A stretch of 62,848 nt of DNA, counting the filler, from Trypethelium eluteriae (Eukaryota), in assembly GCA_051942245.1 (NCBI GenBank). It is 2 parts of 2 records of this genome, joined end to end, with 100 filler letters (N's around TTAATTAATTAA, not from the genome) between each part and the next. Parts side by side here need not be neighbours in the genome. Positions count along the whole stretch, not along the records: positions 31,558 to 62,848 come from JAVECL010000275.1; 1 more part is not named here. The stretch is one strand, 5' to 3'. Below are positions 48,674 to 61,345 of this stretch, in pieces (position 1 is the first letter of the stretch; each line of letters begins with the position of its first letter). The notes under the pieces are model-generated. The model searched no databases and was not told where the DNA came from. It saw only the letters and a list, made by a program, of their open reading frames with translations. The translations under genes and the position numbers were made by a program.

Positions 48674-49896
48674 TCAAAATTTGCGCCTTGTATAGGCCCA
48701 ATATGCTTTCCATGGCAAGCGCCAGTCGGGTGATCTCAAAGATGGAGCAAAGGCATCGAAATCAGCTCTCTCGAGCTTCTCCAGCCACATGGTAGTGGGC
48801 ACCGCATTCAGGAAGACACCGAAGGCTCGGTTGATATCACCGAGCTGCGCAAAAGCATTCGAATCCTCGCGTCCGCTGTAGCTATGGCCTTCCTCGTGCT
48901 GGTGCTCAAAATCGTGTCCGACATCTTCTCCAGCCCGCAGATTTCTGAGCATTTGGCGTGCGGTTAGAATGTGATCGTTTGCTCTTGTTGCTACTTGGAA
49001 GACGGCGTCTCTTAAGCCCTCTGCATCTGCTCCGCGGCGTAAAATTTCCTCTTCACGGACGCCCGTTTCGGCCATTACGTCCAAAGGTAAGAGTACCGCA
49101 CCGTGTCGACCACCTGCGGATACCCCTCCAAATGCAGCTTGGTTGGAGTGATGATTCGGTGGCGGCGGAAAGGCGATGAGGGGAAAGCCTCGAAGCACAG
49201 CGGCGATGCCAGAAGCCTTGCCGATGTGTGAAGCCACATGGTCCGCCGTGATTGAGGACAGAGGTAGACTTGACAGGGTCAGGTATAGAAGCGTCGAATA
49301 AGTATTCTCGGCGTAGGTTTCAAGCTCAACCAATGTTGGAAATGGCTGATTGGCAAGATGTTGTTCTCGGGCGTTGATGATTCGCAAGAACCAGCCCTTA
49401 CTCAGCCGTGCTATGCCCTCCGAACGACTCTGCAGGTTCTCTTGTGCGCTGGCAAGTAATACAGCTGCAGGTTCCTTAGGCGGAGATCCTGCAAGGGCTT
49501 TAGTAATGGCATCGCGCCAGAATTGCATCCGCATCGTCCCGACGGTGACATTGCTTGTGGCATCTGCAATTCTTGCAATGTCGACATTGAAGGCACGAAT
49601 AGCTAGGTATGCATCACGCGCAGTCCGCGGAATGAACGTCTGAAGAACATACGAAGGTGAATCATATTTTCTATGTGAGGTGAGTGGCTGAAAGGGTTGC
49701 CCTTGTGAAGGTCGACTGCCACCTACTGCAAGAGATTCAAACAATAGCTTCGAGCGCCCTCGAGCTCTGATGAAGTAGCATTAGAGCTGGCTCTAGCTCG
49801 TTGAATCTTTTGTACTTGAATTGGGGTGCATCTGAGAAGTGGTCCTAGAGGATTGGTTCCAATATGGCGGAATGCAAAAATAGTGGAGACGCGCAT
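48674..49896 (-). CDS. NDUFAF6: Complex I assembly factor NDUFAF6 (squalene/phytoene synthase-like fold)
   Basis: Arg/Ser-rich presequence MRVSTIFAFRH...ARSYCLNLLQ|KYDSPSY; AYLAIRAFNVD, MRMQFWRD, LETYAENTYSTLLYL, ASHIGKASGIAAVLRG, DAVFQVATRANDH. Confidence 0.9.
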
Positions 49897-50052
49897 CGAC
49901 TGAGATTAGATAGAGGTTATAACTCCATATACTTGGAGCAGTGTGAACTCATTCCAACGAACACTCCGCGTCTGAGCGTTCACATTTGGGTAGGGCGGTA
50001 GGGAGACTGAAAGATGGATGATCTGCTGCAGGGAGCTCGGCGATGACGTGCA

Positions 50053-50086
50053 CCGCGAGGTTCGGGCAGAACGCGAAAAGTCGCGT
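50053..50086. promoter_or_regulatory. MCB/SCB-like elements in the short NDUFAF6-RAD5 divergent promoter
   Basis: CCGCGA 50053 and an inverted pair ACGCGA-AAAG-TCGCGT at 50071-50086. Confidence 0.5.
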
Positions 50087-50123
50087 CGCTCCATCAAACG
50101 TGCTCATCACATATCCAGACACC

Positions 50124-53100
50124 ATGAGCTTTGCTGGTATTGAAGAGCGCCCTAGCAAGAAGCGCCGCTTCTTTGTCGAGGATGAAAATCCTGGAGATGC
50201 TACACTGAGTGCCGCGCCCACACTTCCAGACGAGATCAATGTTCAGAGCTATGTCGAACCGAGTGATTCCGGACTAAATTCGCGTCAAAGCCATGATCCT
50301 GGCCAGAAAGGCATATCAGATGAGCGGGACGACTCGAATTTCCAATCAGACGTGTTCGACGTAGATCTGTTTACCTCCATTGTTGGCGAGAATGTTTCCG
50401 ATACGATCGTTACGAAACTTCAACAGATGTGTGGGAACGATGTCCAGCGTGGTATGTAGACTTTGCTTTTAAGGCTAGGTAACGACTGACTTGCACAGCT
50501 ATCAATGTGTTTTTCGATGGCTCCTGGAAGACGGCATCTTTAACCCCTCAGCAGCCTGTCTCGGCTCCCAATTCCATCTCAGCCACTTCAAACCGCTCAG
50601 AAGCAGATATTCAGAATACTAGGCCGACATCACAGGGAAGGTCACCTTCCGCTAATTCCAGTCGGCCTCAAAAATTATCTACTGCAGTCATACCAGAGAA
50701 AAGATATCTCGGCGCCCTTGGTGTCACTGGCTGGGCTACAAGAAGTGGATCTGGGTTGATTCGCCACGAGGAGAAGGTCGGCATTGAGCGAGCTAAGCCA
50801 AGGATCGAAGCGAATGGCACGCTCAAAGGCTTCCGATCTAAGTTGGCGACTAGTAAAAGACAAGACATTGTTGTCAGGTTCACAAACAGTCAGGGGAGCG
50901 AAGTGGGAAGATTAGAGAACGAATCAGCAGCGTGGATTTCGACTTTACTCGATCAGCATACTTGCACATTCGAAGGCACTGTCGTCTTTGCACCCGATAG
51001 AATCCGGACCAACGATACGATATATCTGCAGCTGCGCTGCTATGCATTGAAGAATGCTTTTGAGGCAGGGGGTTTGATCAAACCACTCGACAAAAACCGT
51101 CAGACTGGCCTTTATGAAGCTAGGGAAACAGAGGATGAGCGCAATCTCCGTCTAAGACAAGTTGCTCTCGTAAAGCTTTTCGACGAGATCAATTTACACC
51201 CAACACGAGTTAACGAAACAACAGAGCGACACAAGCGACAGGGTCTCTTGCAGTCTGCAGAAACTGACGAGCACAAAGAACAACAAAACCAGCAGGGGTC
51301 TGGGCAGTCTCCAAACCATGGAGAATCCAGTCCACCTTCGGAGGAAGCAGAGGAGGGTGCTCAGCTAGAGCAGGATCAACTAGACACGTTGTACAAGAAG
51401 GCCCAGTCGTTCGATTTTAACACTCCAGAAAGAGAACCTGCAGAGACCTTTGCAATGGACCTTCGTAAGTATCAGAGGCAAGCCTTGCATTGGATGGTTG
51501 GAAAAGAGAAGGAGGAGAAATCAGACTACAAGGAAATGTCGATGCACCCTCTCTGGGAAGAATATCTATGGCCGGTCAAGGATGTCGACTCCAAAGAGTT
51601 GCCTGAATTTCCTGGTCAGAGCAGTTTCTACGTCAATCCATATTCCGGAGAGCTCTCACTTGACTTCCCAGTCCAGGAACAAAACTGTCTTGGTGGCATA
51701 CTCGCTGATGGTACGTGAAGTAATCTCCAACACAGTAGAAATTCCTAACATTACCCACAGAGATGGGCCTGGGTAAAACTATCGAAATGCTGAGTCTGAT
51801 CCACACCCACAAATCCGAAGCAATGGAAACGTTAGCAGAGAGCTCTGTCGCCTCCGTCAACAACCTCCCACGATTACCCAAAACTAGCTCATCTGTTGAA
51901 TGGGCTCCATGTACCACATTAGTTATCGCTCCGATGTCGTTACTTGCGCAGTGGCAAAGTGAGGCTGAGAAAGCATCGAAGACGGGCACACTAAAGACCT
52001 TAGTTTATTATGGTAGTGACAAGAGCGCCAATTTGCAGAACCTCTGTTGCGAAGCCAACGTGGCTTCCGCGCCGAATGTTGTCATCACAAGCTATGGCGT
52101 TGTTCTCTCAGAGTACAACCAAGTGGCAGCCAATGGAGGGCAACGCGGCTCATCCGGAGGGCTATTCTCCCTTAACTACTTTCGCATTATCCTTGATGAA
52201 GCTCATCATGTCAAGAATCGACAGGCAAAGACTGCCAAAGCCTGCTACGAATTGAGCGCACGACATCGATGGGTACTGACAGGGACACCAATCGTGAATC
52301 GCCTAGAGGATCTCTTCAGTCTCGTACATTTCCTGAGAGTAGAACCATGGAGCAACTTCTCCTTCTGGAAGACCTTTATCACTGTGCCGTTCGAATCAAA
52401 CGACTTCATCCGAGCTCTTGACGTGGTGCAGACCGTTCTTGAGCCTCTTGTACTCAGAAGAACTAAAGATATGAAGACTCCTGAAGGCGAAGCTCTAGTT
52501 CCTCTGCCCCCAAGGACAATCGATATCGAATCAGTGGAGTTGTCCAAGCAGGAACGCGAAGTTTACGACTACGTGTTCGCTCGAGCCAAACGCACCTTCG
52601 CGGCAAATGTCGAGGCCGGAACCGTCATGAAATCCTACACTACCATCTTCGCCCAGATCCTGCGTCTCCGCCAATCCTGCTGCCATCCGTCCCTCACCCG
52701 CAACAAATCCATCGTCGCCGAGGAAGAAGACGCCGCTGCTGCCGCTGACGTCGCTAACGGCCTCGCCGACGACATGGACCTACAGTCGCTAATCGCTCGC
52801 TTCGAGTCTTCCACGGTTGACGAGGACGCCAATAAGTTCGGCGCGCACGTCCTCAAGCAGATCCAGGACGAAGCGACGCTCGAATGCCCCATCTGCTCCG
52901 AAGAGCCCATGCAGGAGCAGGCCGTGACGGGGTGCTGGCATAGCGCCTGCAAATCCTGCCTCCTCGATTACATCGAACACCAAGCCAGCAAAGGCGAGCT
53001 ACCGCGCTGCTTCAACTGCCGCGAGCCCATCAACGCCCGCGACGTGTTCGAGGTCGTCCGCCATAATGACGACGACGGTTACGCCTCCTCCACCTCCTCC

Positions 53101-53783
53101 AACGCGCAAGACGACCAGTCCTCCACTCCACCCCCACGCATCTCCCTCCGCCGCACCGGCACCGGCTCCTCCTCCGCCAAAATCACCAGCCTCCTCACGC
53201 ACCTCACGCAGCTACGCCGCTCCGCCCCCTTCACCAAATCCGTCGTCTTCAGCCAATTCACCTCGTTCCTCGACCTGCTGGAGCCGGCACTGCGGCGCTC
53301 CCGGATCCGGTATCTACGGTTCGACGGCGGGATGGCGCAGAAGCAGCGGGCGGCGGTGCTGAGCGAGTTTGCGGCTGAGCGGCGGAAGGGCGGGTGCGTC
53401 TTGCTGCTGAGTCTGCGGGCGGGCGGGGTGGGGCTGAACCTGACGTGTGCGACGCGCGTGTTCATGATGGATCCGTGGTGGAGCTGGGCGGTGGAGGCGC
53501 AGGCGATTGATCGGGTGCATCGGATGGGGCAGGAGGAGGAGGTGCGGGTGGTGCGGTTTGTGGTGCGGGAGAGCATTGAGGAGAAGATGTTGAGGATTCA
53601 GGAGCGGAAGAAGTTTATGTGAGTTCTTTTTTTCTGGTTGTGGAGTCAAGTGGACCCAACGCTTTGTTTGGTGCTGCTTATGCTGACTAAAGCTAAAATT
53701 ACAGTGCGAGCTCGTTGGGAATGATGAGTGATGAGGAGAAGAAGTTACAGCGGTTGGAGGATATTAAAGAGCTCCTCAGCTAA
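50124..53783 (+). CDS. RAD5: DNA repair protein Rad5 (HIRAN + SNF2 helicase + RING)
   Basis: HIRAN (VRFTNSQGSEVGRL), GGILAD|EMGLGKT, ILDEAH, LTGTPIVN, RING CPICSEE..CWHSACKSC..CFNC, VVFSQFT, SLRAGGVGLNLT, QAIDRVHRMGQ. Confidence 0.97.
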
Positions 53784-54079
53784 TGAAAAAGAGTGGCTGA
53801 TATGCAGCATATCGAGAAGAGAAAGAACATTGTGGTTTTGGCGAAGATGCTGTCATAGTATGTTGACAGCAATACATACTGAGGATTTCGTGTAGGCACA
53901 TGAAGAGGCCATAGCACGGGATGGACAGTCTTTTGGACGCCGTTGCCAATGATAGCCCGACCTATAGCATATTTGGTACCAAGCAAAATGGCGCTGGCCT
54001 CCCGCACTGCCACCATAGTACAAAGCAAATATACCCTGACGCCGCTGGTTCTTATCCCTTATTGCGAATTTCCTATTGC

Positions 54080-55283
54080 TTACGACTGCACGGGTGCTTG
54101 GCTTGAGGTGATCTCTGCATTTTCAATGGGTTGAGTCGTCATGTCCGGCACATGCATTTCCACTGCTTCCTCCGTAAGCGCTATGCCGCCATCAACTTCG
54201 AGTTCATCCTCGCAAGACTTGAAGGAAACGTCGTCTGTCGAGTCCGTCGTATTTTTACTAGCAATTACCTGATCTGCAAAGGTATTAGCGTAGGTTGTGA
54301 GATTACCATTCGACACGTGGAGAGGTCGATTGTATGACAATGCATTCACACATCCGGCCGCTTCATGCAGAAACTTACAGGGTGCTTGGTCTTCTTTCGT
54401 AGCACATTTGTCGTGCTTCGCCGGCTGCTCAGTCTCTGGCCATCTAGCATTTGCAAGTCCTTCGTCGTCCGTTGACTGCGGACTGTCAGCTTTGTCGCTA
54501 GTAGGTGTATCTTGAGAACTCGTCTCTTTCGTCTCTTTCGTCTCTGTTGATGAGCTCGAGGTTTCGCGTGATCTGAGGTCGTACAGATGGTCGATTTTCA
54601 CCACACACAAATTAGGAATCTCGGCAGCGGTTATCGGAGGAATTTCGTCGGCAAAGACGCTCTCGAAAGACATGTACGTGCGATCGACGAATGTTGGTCT
54701 GCATTTGTGGCAGCATTGGAACTTGCAGGGCACAGAAGCAGAGCCTTTGTTGCGTGATTCTTGAGCAGCTCTGGTGGCGTTGACGTGCAGTTTCTGCTCC
54801 TTGATTTTCTCGATTTGGGCTTCGTTGTAGAGACCATTCTCAATTTCTTTGATGATCCATGCGCTCACGCCGATAGATTCCAGCTCTTTCCTTTGTTCGG
54901 ACTTCTGGCCGGTCTGGAGAGAAGGTTTCGGCGGTTTGGAGGGGGTTCTGTACTCCTGGCCACCGTATTCAGTGCGCTGTCTGCAAATGTACACCCATCC
55001 GAAAGGCGAAATTTGGTTACACATGTGGCAAAAATGCTCGCCAAATATGCGTTCCATAATCATATGAGTGCAATTCGGTCGGAACGTTTGAGTTCGCTGT
55101 GGCTTGGGAGAGCTGGCCTAGAAACAGATCAGTGGTGCGAAGGTTGTGGTTAATACGTTACCCATTGAGATGAATAAGCAACGATACTCGTGCCGAAGCA
55201 TGCCCTAGGTATTGACTGAAACCGAGGGTACTCACGGTATGAGAAAGATTTCCCATCATTGGGGGAGTGACGTGAAACCACAT
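54080..55283 (-). CDS. Fungal hypothetical protein with two Cys/His clusters; start uncertain
   Basis: CTH..MER..CHMC...GWVYICRQ and CKFQCCHKCRP; short upstream exon with a GTGAGT donor at 55235 and a TTTCTAG acceptor at ~55118. Confidence 0.7.
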
Positions 55284-56468
55284 TGGGAGCTGTGAATGGG
55301 TTTCAAAAGTACCTGCTCGGTTTCTTGCACGGACTCGACCATATTGTACTAAAAGGAAAAAGGCGTGGCAAATCTACAGTTGATTTGATTGCGCCAGGTG
55401 AGATGCGACTCTAAGCGATCAGTGGCTGGTGAGAGTACGTTGTGAGGTCTCGTCCATCGCGTGATGGGCGACGACCCAAGATGCAGTCCCTTAGGCGGAA
55501 CGAATCAATGTGAATGGAAGGCTAGGAAATTTGATGCTTGGTGATGCCGAAATCAGATTGGTGTCTTGAAGGAGTGACTATTTTGATGGAGAACAAATGC
55601 CATCTAAAATCGAAATTCGAAAGGGTGGTATGCAGGTGGGTGGGAGACGATGTGAAGTGAGTGGATATCTGTACGCCGTGAATGGAAAGAGCGAGGTCAT
55701 TCACCCCGCGGAAATTTTGCAATTTAACACTCATGGTATACACTCGCCAGCCATCACATAAGCTAATAAGTCTGGCGAAATGTCGACAAACCGCATACTT
55801 GAGGGGCTTTTTTTTTTTTTTAAAGATGCCAAGATAGTAGTGAGTTCGGTTTCTGCTGTCCGCATCACATATTAGTCAGATAGATCGTCGTCTCGTTTTA
55901 CAAGATAAGGCCTTCGAGCTCTTCAAAAGTTTACACTCATATGACATATGCTGGTTGCTTATGGGTATTGATATCAGTGGCATAGATTGTAGAGTTTGGT
56001 GGGATCTTGCACGTCTGCAAGGCTCTGGTGGACTCAGAGACTGATATTGATCTCAGTTCCGTATCACAACAGAGGATTATCGAGGCTTCGCGCCCAGGTG
56101 TGAATATACAGTGTCAAGAGAGAGGCTTAACCCTCAATTGTGCAGAGATAATAGATGAGGTTGGACAGGTACAGGTTGCTGTTTGGATCGAGGGGCTGAC
56201 GACGTGACCCAAACAAACCAGCTCCACCCCTGCACCCGCTCTTTACTGACGCGACAAGCACTCCTCACCTTAACAGCGCATCCGAACTTGACCCTTTCCT
56301 CTCCCGTCTCTCGATCACCACATCATCTCCTTACGCGCCCATCGCGCTGAGAAACCTTAGCCACACTGGTTACGATCAGGCGGTCGTGCGATTGCAACAC
56401 TTGTCTCTGCCAGTACTCTTCGCGTATAACTCCGGCAAAACTCACTTGACGGTCTTGCGATTCTCACA

Positions 56469-57375
56469 ATGTCCGTCAAGTTCGAGAGCGAGACCGTCAG
56501 GACAAATGTCCCTGAGCCACGTACGCGAGGGCCAGAAATGCGCTCCCGAGGCCCCGATACACGACCACGCGGTCCGATTCACGAGCTTGCCCATGATGCC
56601 GGTGCAGCATTGACCAAAGGAGGTGGTGCGAATGGCTACCTCGCGGTACGTTCATGACCGTCCCTGGTACCGAACAACCAAAAACATTTCGCTGAGATGT
56701 TTCGCAGGCCTATCTCAAGCAATTGCAGGAGAACCCTTTACGAACGAAAATGTTGACATCGGGTACCCTTGCTGCCCTACAAGAAGTACTGGCTTCGTGG
56801 ATCGCGAACGATCGAAACAGAGAAGGCCACTACTTTACCTCTCGGATACCTAAGATGGCTATCTACGGAGCACTCGTCAGCGCTCCTTTGGGTCATGTGC
56901 TAATTAGCATTCTTCAGAGACTGTTTGCTGGAAGAACTAGCGTTAGGGCTAAGATTCTCCAGATCATTGTCAGCAATCTAGTTGTATGAAATCCACGAAC
57001 GTCGACGGAGTTTCAGAGTGCGTAACTAACTCTTATCTACAGGTCTCTCCGATACAAAATACTGTCTATCTCACATCAATGGCAATCATTGCAGGTGCCA
57101 GGCAGTTCCACCAAGTTCGTGCCACTGTCCGAGCTGGTTTCATGCCAGTCATGAGAGTCAGCTGGATCACCTCTCCGCTGGCATTGGCATTTGCCCAGCA
57201 ATTCTTGCCTGAGCACACTTGGGTACCATTCTTCAATTTTGTTGCCTTCGTTATCGGAACGTACATCAATGCGTCTACCAAGAAGAAGAGAATCGCAGCA
57301 TTGCGAAGGAAGTACAATAACGAGGCTAGGGGTACATCTGGGCGACCTGAGGACTACGATCGACGTGGCTATTAG
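56469..57375 (+). CDS. Mpv17/PMP22-family (peroxisomal membrane protein 2-like) protein
   Basis: YLKQLQENPLRTKMLTSG, KMAIYGALVSAPLGH, SNLV|VSPIQN, SWITSP..FAQQFLP..WVPFFN...GTYIN; two introns. Confidence 0.92.
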
Positions 57376-58307
57376 GCCTGGATTTTCAAATCTTTTCTGG
57401 CGCACGCTATTGGACGACTGTGTGTGTAAGGAGCCGAAGCTTGGCCGAGACCGTGGAAGCAAACTTTTAAGCACCTACTTTTAGTAAGAAACCAAGACAC
57501 CATTCGTGAGGGATCGCGGCATGCTAGTCACCCATCGGTCCCAATCTACAGCTGAGAATCCTGTGTGGGCTGATCTTAAGCATTGGGAAGTCTCCTGTGT
57601 GCGAAAATAAATGCCTAATGCCCATCTACCTGCTGGTCTCTGGTACGCATTACTCAAGCTTGAGTACAAACGTGTCAATTTGTCTCCAATCGCTGTCCGT
57701 CCTCTTTCCCAAACAGCCTGCATCTTCGCCCAATCTTTGACTTGCAAGTCTCCTTTTTATTCCAACACAGTACCACAAGGCGTTTTCACACTTGTTCATT
57801 TGTCGGACAAACGATCAATTTGTCAACCGTCTCTGGAGTCACTCTCTCAATCACTGAGCTCTCAAAGAAACCTCAGACTCCGCTTCAATACTCGCATTCG
57901 ACATCAACCATAATTGGGGCTCTCCCGGTCAAGTCTATAATTGTACTCATTGCCCAGTTTGTGCTTATTTATAACATACATGTATGTTCAGTAGTGAGAT
58001 CGCGCGCTAGTCTCTTCACCTTGGAAGAGGAAGGTTGGAACGGAGTACCCGTCATAGGCAAACAGCATTAATGCCCGTACCATCGCCTTACTTTTCCCAT
58101 GTTCTGCCGCCACCACTTATAATCGACCTTTTGATATCATTAGCAAACAGTGTAGCAGAATTCGGCCGATGCCCGGCTCCGCGAACATTACTAGATTTCT
58201 TCCGGAAACATAAATGCTTGCCGAATTGCTTGTCCGGCATATGCAGCACTGCTTGTTCCCCCTCTCAAATCTCGATTCTTCTATCAGAGCCTCAATTTTG
58301 TACCCTC

Positions 58308-60176
58308 ATGCACGCTCCTCGGCAATCTCCGATCGCAGCATGGATCTCGCTTCTGGAGAAGCATGCTGAAGCCACCCAGAGTTTGCAGGACGAGAAGTCG
58401 ACGACTGCCCGCAATCTAGCTTGGTCCTTGGACTTTGCCACTGCTGTTGCCGTTACTAATATTCGTCGATCTCCAAAGGAAATCCGTTCCGCGCTTCGGC
58501 TCGTCGTTGAAGCTGTTGTCCCTCGTGTTGCACCCGAACAAGGCATTTTCGCTGCCTTTTCTGAACTCGATGCAAGCATTTTTGGCGGTTGGATGAAAGA
58601 TGCTGTCTTTATGAAATGGAGTCGTTTGGGTGGCAATCGACCCGGAAAGACCAGTACACCCGGTACTACGAATCCAAGAATTACGGTTGAGCTTGACGAA
58701 AGGCTGATGTATGGCTCCAAGGCAAAATTGGTTCTCGTGTTATTGCATCAAACAACCCATGCATATTTCCTCACCTGTTGTGCACCTCCAAAGGTGGCAG
58801 GATCTCGTGATCCACGATTGGGGCATGACCGTCATTTCTGTATGATTCTCCACTCTGTGTTGGGCTTGTTTTCAGATCGTCGAAATCAACCTCCTCGTCG
58901 CAGATGGTATCAGCCAAATGCGATGGTCACTCGAGCTCCGAAATGGCATCGAGAGGCTCCAGAGTCCTTCCCTGCGAGACAATTTAGGCGACCCGGGCAC
59001 CTTAACGTCTGTGATCATAATCAATCGTCTAACAGCTGCAGTACCTGTCTTAAACCTTTTCAGTGCGAAATACCCGCGGATCGAGTTATAGAGTGGTACG
59101 AAGAGGATTGTGCCTCCATCGACGTCTCTCGAGCTGCCACTGTCTACGCCCTCACAGATAGCGGCCCAGAAGGGACGCCGCGTATCAAAGCGGGCCTTGG
59201 GTCCGACTATGTGGAATTCGTTTGGGATGGGAAAGCATTCAAAATATCTCGCTCGAGAATTGAGGCAAACCCTTCTCTTAAATGGCGTTTAGCAAGACAA
59301 AGAAATGGTCGCGAATTGCAGATTCCTGCTGTTGCTGTGGAAACTTTTCGCAGTCTGTACAGTTTCGTAAGGACTGGATCTTATACACCCGAGTTGATGA
59401 AGGTTCAAAACAATCAAGAAGCAGCGTCTGCTTCATCTTCAACGGCTGGTCCACCGGAGATACTTGAAACGCGAAAAGATTGGCCGGACTTCCTGGGCAT
59501 CGACATCCGAGCCATCAAATTAGCTGCTGAACTTGGCTTCATTGAATTGGAGAGCTATGCTCTGCGACGACTCTTCGCCCAGCACTTCACCCATAACGAT
59601 CCTATCGTTGCCCTCCAGGTCATCTACGAGAAGGGCTGCATACCCGACAGGCTGCGAGATTGGGTGGTATCCTTCATGGCCAAACCTTTGTCATACCGTC
59701 AATCCGGACAAACAGAACAGTTCAACCTCGATTTCCTGCAACAAAGCCTTAGCTTCGCTGCTGGTATGACGCGCTTGATGGAAGAAAGCGGAGCTTTGAG
59801 GGAAGATGTGCGGAGAGCAACAACGAAAATAATGCGCTCATCCCACGAAGAGAGTAATCAGATGGCAATGGTCCATCCCGCGTCACTCCAACCAATCCAG
59901 CAAAATCCTTCTTACTTTCATGCCGATCCGTCGCCGAGAGGAAATTCCATTAGTCTTCCACCCCAGTTGTGGAATGAGACGATGTTTTCGCCTCAAAGCG
60001 GTGTGGATCCACTTGGTCGAAGAGGCAGTCGTACGCCGCCATTGTCGTCACCAAGATTGCCTTCAAACGGCTACATGCCAGCTCATGGGTCCTACAGCGG
60101 ATCATCGCGTATGTTTGATGACCCTCTTGAGCCACGGTATGAGAGCAGACCAGATTGTTGGGGTAGATTTTACTGA
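58308..60176 (+). CDS. Hypothetical protein: SprT-like zincin domain (HQxxH variant) plus BTB/POZ-like domain; start may lie further upstream (frame open from 58035)
   Basis: FSELDASIFGG...W...G.T...ITVEL...LLHQTTHAYF...GHDRHF; later VEFVWDGKAFKISR...ETFRSLYSFVRTGSY...IKLAAELGFIELESYALRRL. Confidence 0.75.
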   Translation: MHAPRQSPIAAWISLLEKHAEATQSLQDEKSTTARNLAWSLDFATAVAVTNIRRSPKEIRSALRLVVEAVVPRVAPEQGIFAAFSELDASIFGGWMKDAVFMKWSRLGGNRPGKTSTPGTTNPRITVELDERLMYGSKAKLVLVLLHQTTHAYFLTCCAPPKVAGSRDPRLGHDRHFCMILHSVLGLFSDRRNQPPRRRWYQPNAMVTRAPKWHREAPESFPARQFRRPGHLNVCDHNQSSNSCSTCLKPFQCEIPADRVIEWYEEDCASIDVSRAATVYALTDSGPEGTPRIKAGLGSDYVEFVWDGKAFKISRSRIEANPSLKWRLARQRNGRELQIPAVAVETFRSLYSFVRTGSYTPELMKVQNNQEAASASSSTAGPPEILETRKDWPDFLGIDIRAIKLAAELGFIELESYALRRLFAQHFTHNDPIVALQVIYEKGCIPDRLRDWVVSFMAKPLSYRQSGQTEQFNLDFLQQSLSFAAGMTRLMEESGALREDVRRATTKIMRSSHEESNQMAMVHPASLQPIQQNPSYFHADPSPRGNSISLPPQLWNETMFSPQSGVDPLGRRGSRTPPLSSPRLPSNGYMPAHGSYSGSSRMFDDPLEPRYESRPDCWGRFY

Positions 60177-61345
60177 GATTTCCCGGGGGTGCTCTTGATT
60201 GTGGCGCAGTTTCTGCATCAGATGGCGGTAAGCGGTCGGTCTAAAATTGTGAAGACGTTTGTTCAGAGAGAGTGCGATCGTATGAGCTCAACAGAACAGA
60301 TTAAATTGATGGACGTTCGGACACCCTTCCGAACCAAGCGACATGGGCTAAATGCAGTAATTCATGTCAATCCCTCTCACAAGAGCTCCAACTCAAAGAC
60401 ATGCGCTTGAGTAGGACTTGCTGAAATTTCGTGCTCTATTTTGGCTATCTGCTAGATAGCAATACTCAACATGCTTCCTGTACGATTTCAATCTGCAACT
60501 CTACATTGGTGGCAACACGCACCGATTATACTTCTGCATAAATGAAATTGTCCAGAAAAAGTTACGGACCACACGTCATTTTCTGCTCTCGTATATTTTG
60601 AATAAATGGAAAGTCTGACTGCGACTAAATTGTGCAAGAATCAAGTAGAGCGAAGCGCATTGTTGTACCTTCCAGAAGATCTGGATGCCTAATGCAAGAG
60701 CGGCCTCTGAAGCCGTCTCCATGTTTCCAACGGAATTCGAGGTTGAAGCAAGGGGTAGGGTCAGGATGTACACATGTTCTCCGTAGGTCAAAGAGCAAGC
60801 TCGGGTTAAGCTCGGAATCATATTTACTAGCCACGTTGGGAAGTGTGGCTAAAGAACCTTATGCACCAATGGGCCGGTAGCACCTTCCTCTCTCTGTCGG
60901 TGCCTGAAGCGATAAGCGGCGTCGAGCCTATCTCCGATCTGAAACTTTGATTTGACGAACTGATAGCTGAGTCGCGTGTCATGCCTACATTCGTCCTAAA
61001 CTCGCCTCGCTCCGTTCAGTCATGTTCCTCCCCCGTGCGTCTCTCGTCACACATCCTCTTACTCTTTCATTCTTCGAGTCTTGCCTGACCTTGACGCCAA
61101 CCACGTCGCTTCACTTGCCGACGTCCGTCAGGCTGGGCATGAAGACGACACACGTGCGACAAGTGCGTTTGAGAATTCGACTCAAGCCGGACTATCACTG
61201 CCAAGCACACCGTTGACGGCCCGCCCCACCAGTCCCTGACTCCTGATACGGGCTGACGTAAAAGCATACAAGGACCTGATGATCGCCTGAACTGCTCTGA
61301 CCACACCTCCTCTGCGCTGACGAACTCAAACTCTTTTGCCCTAAG

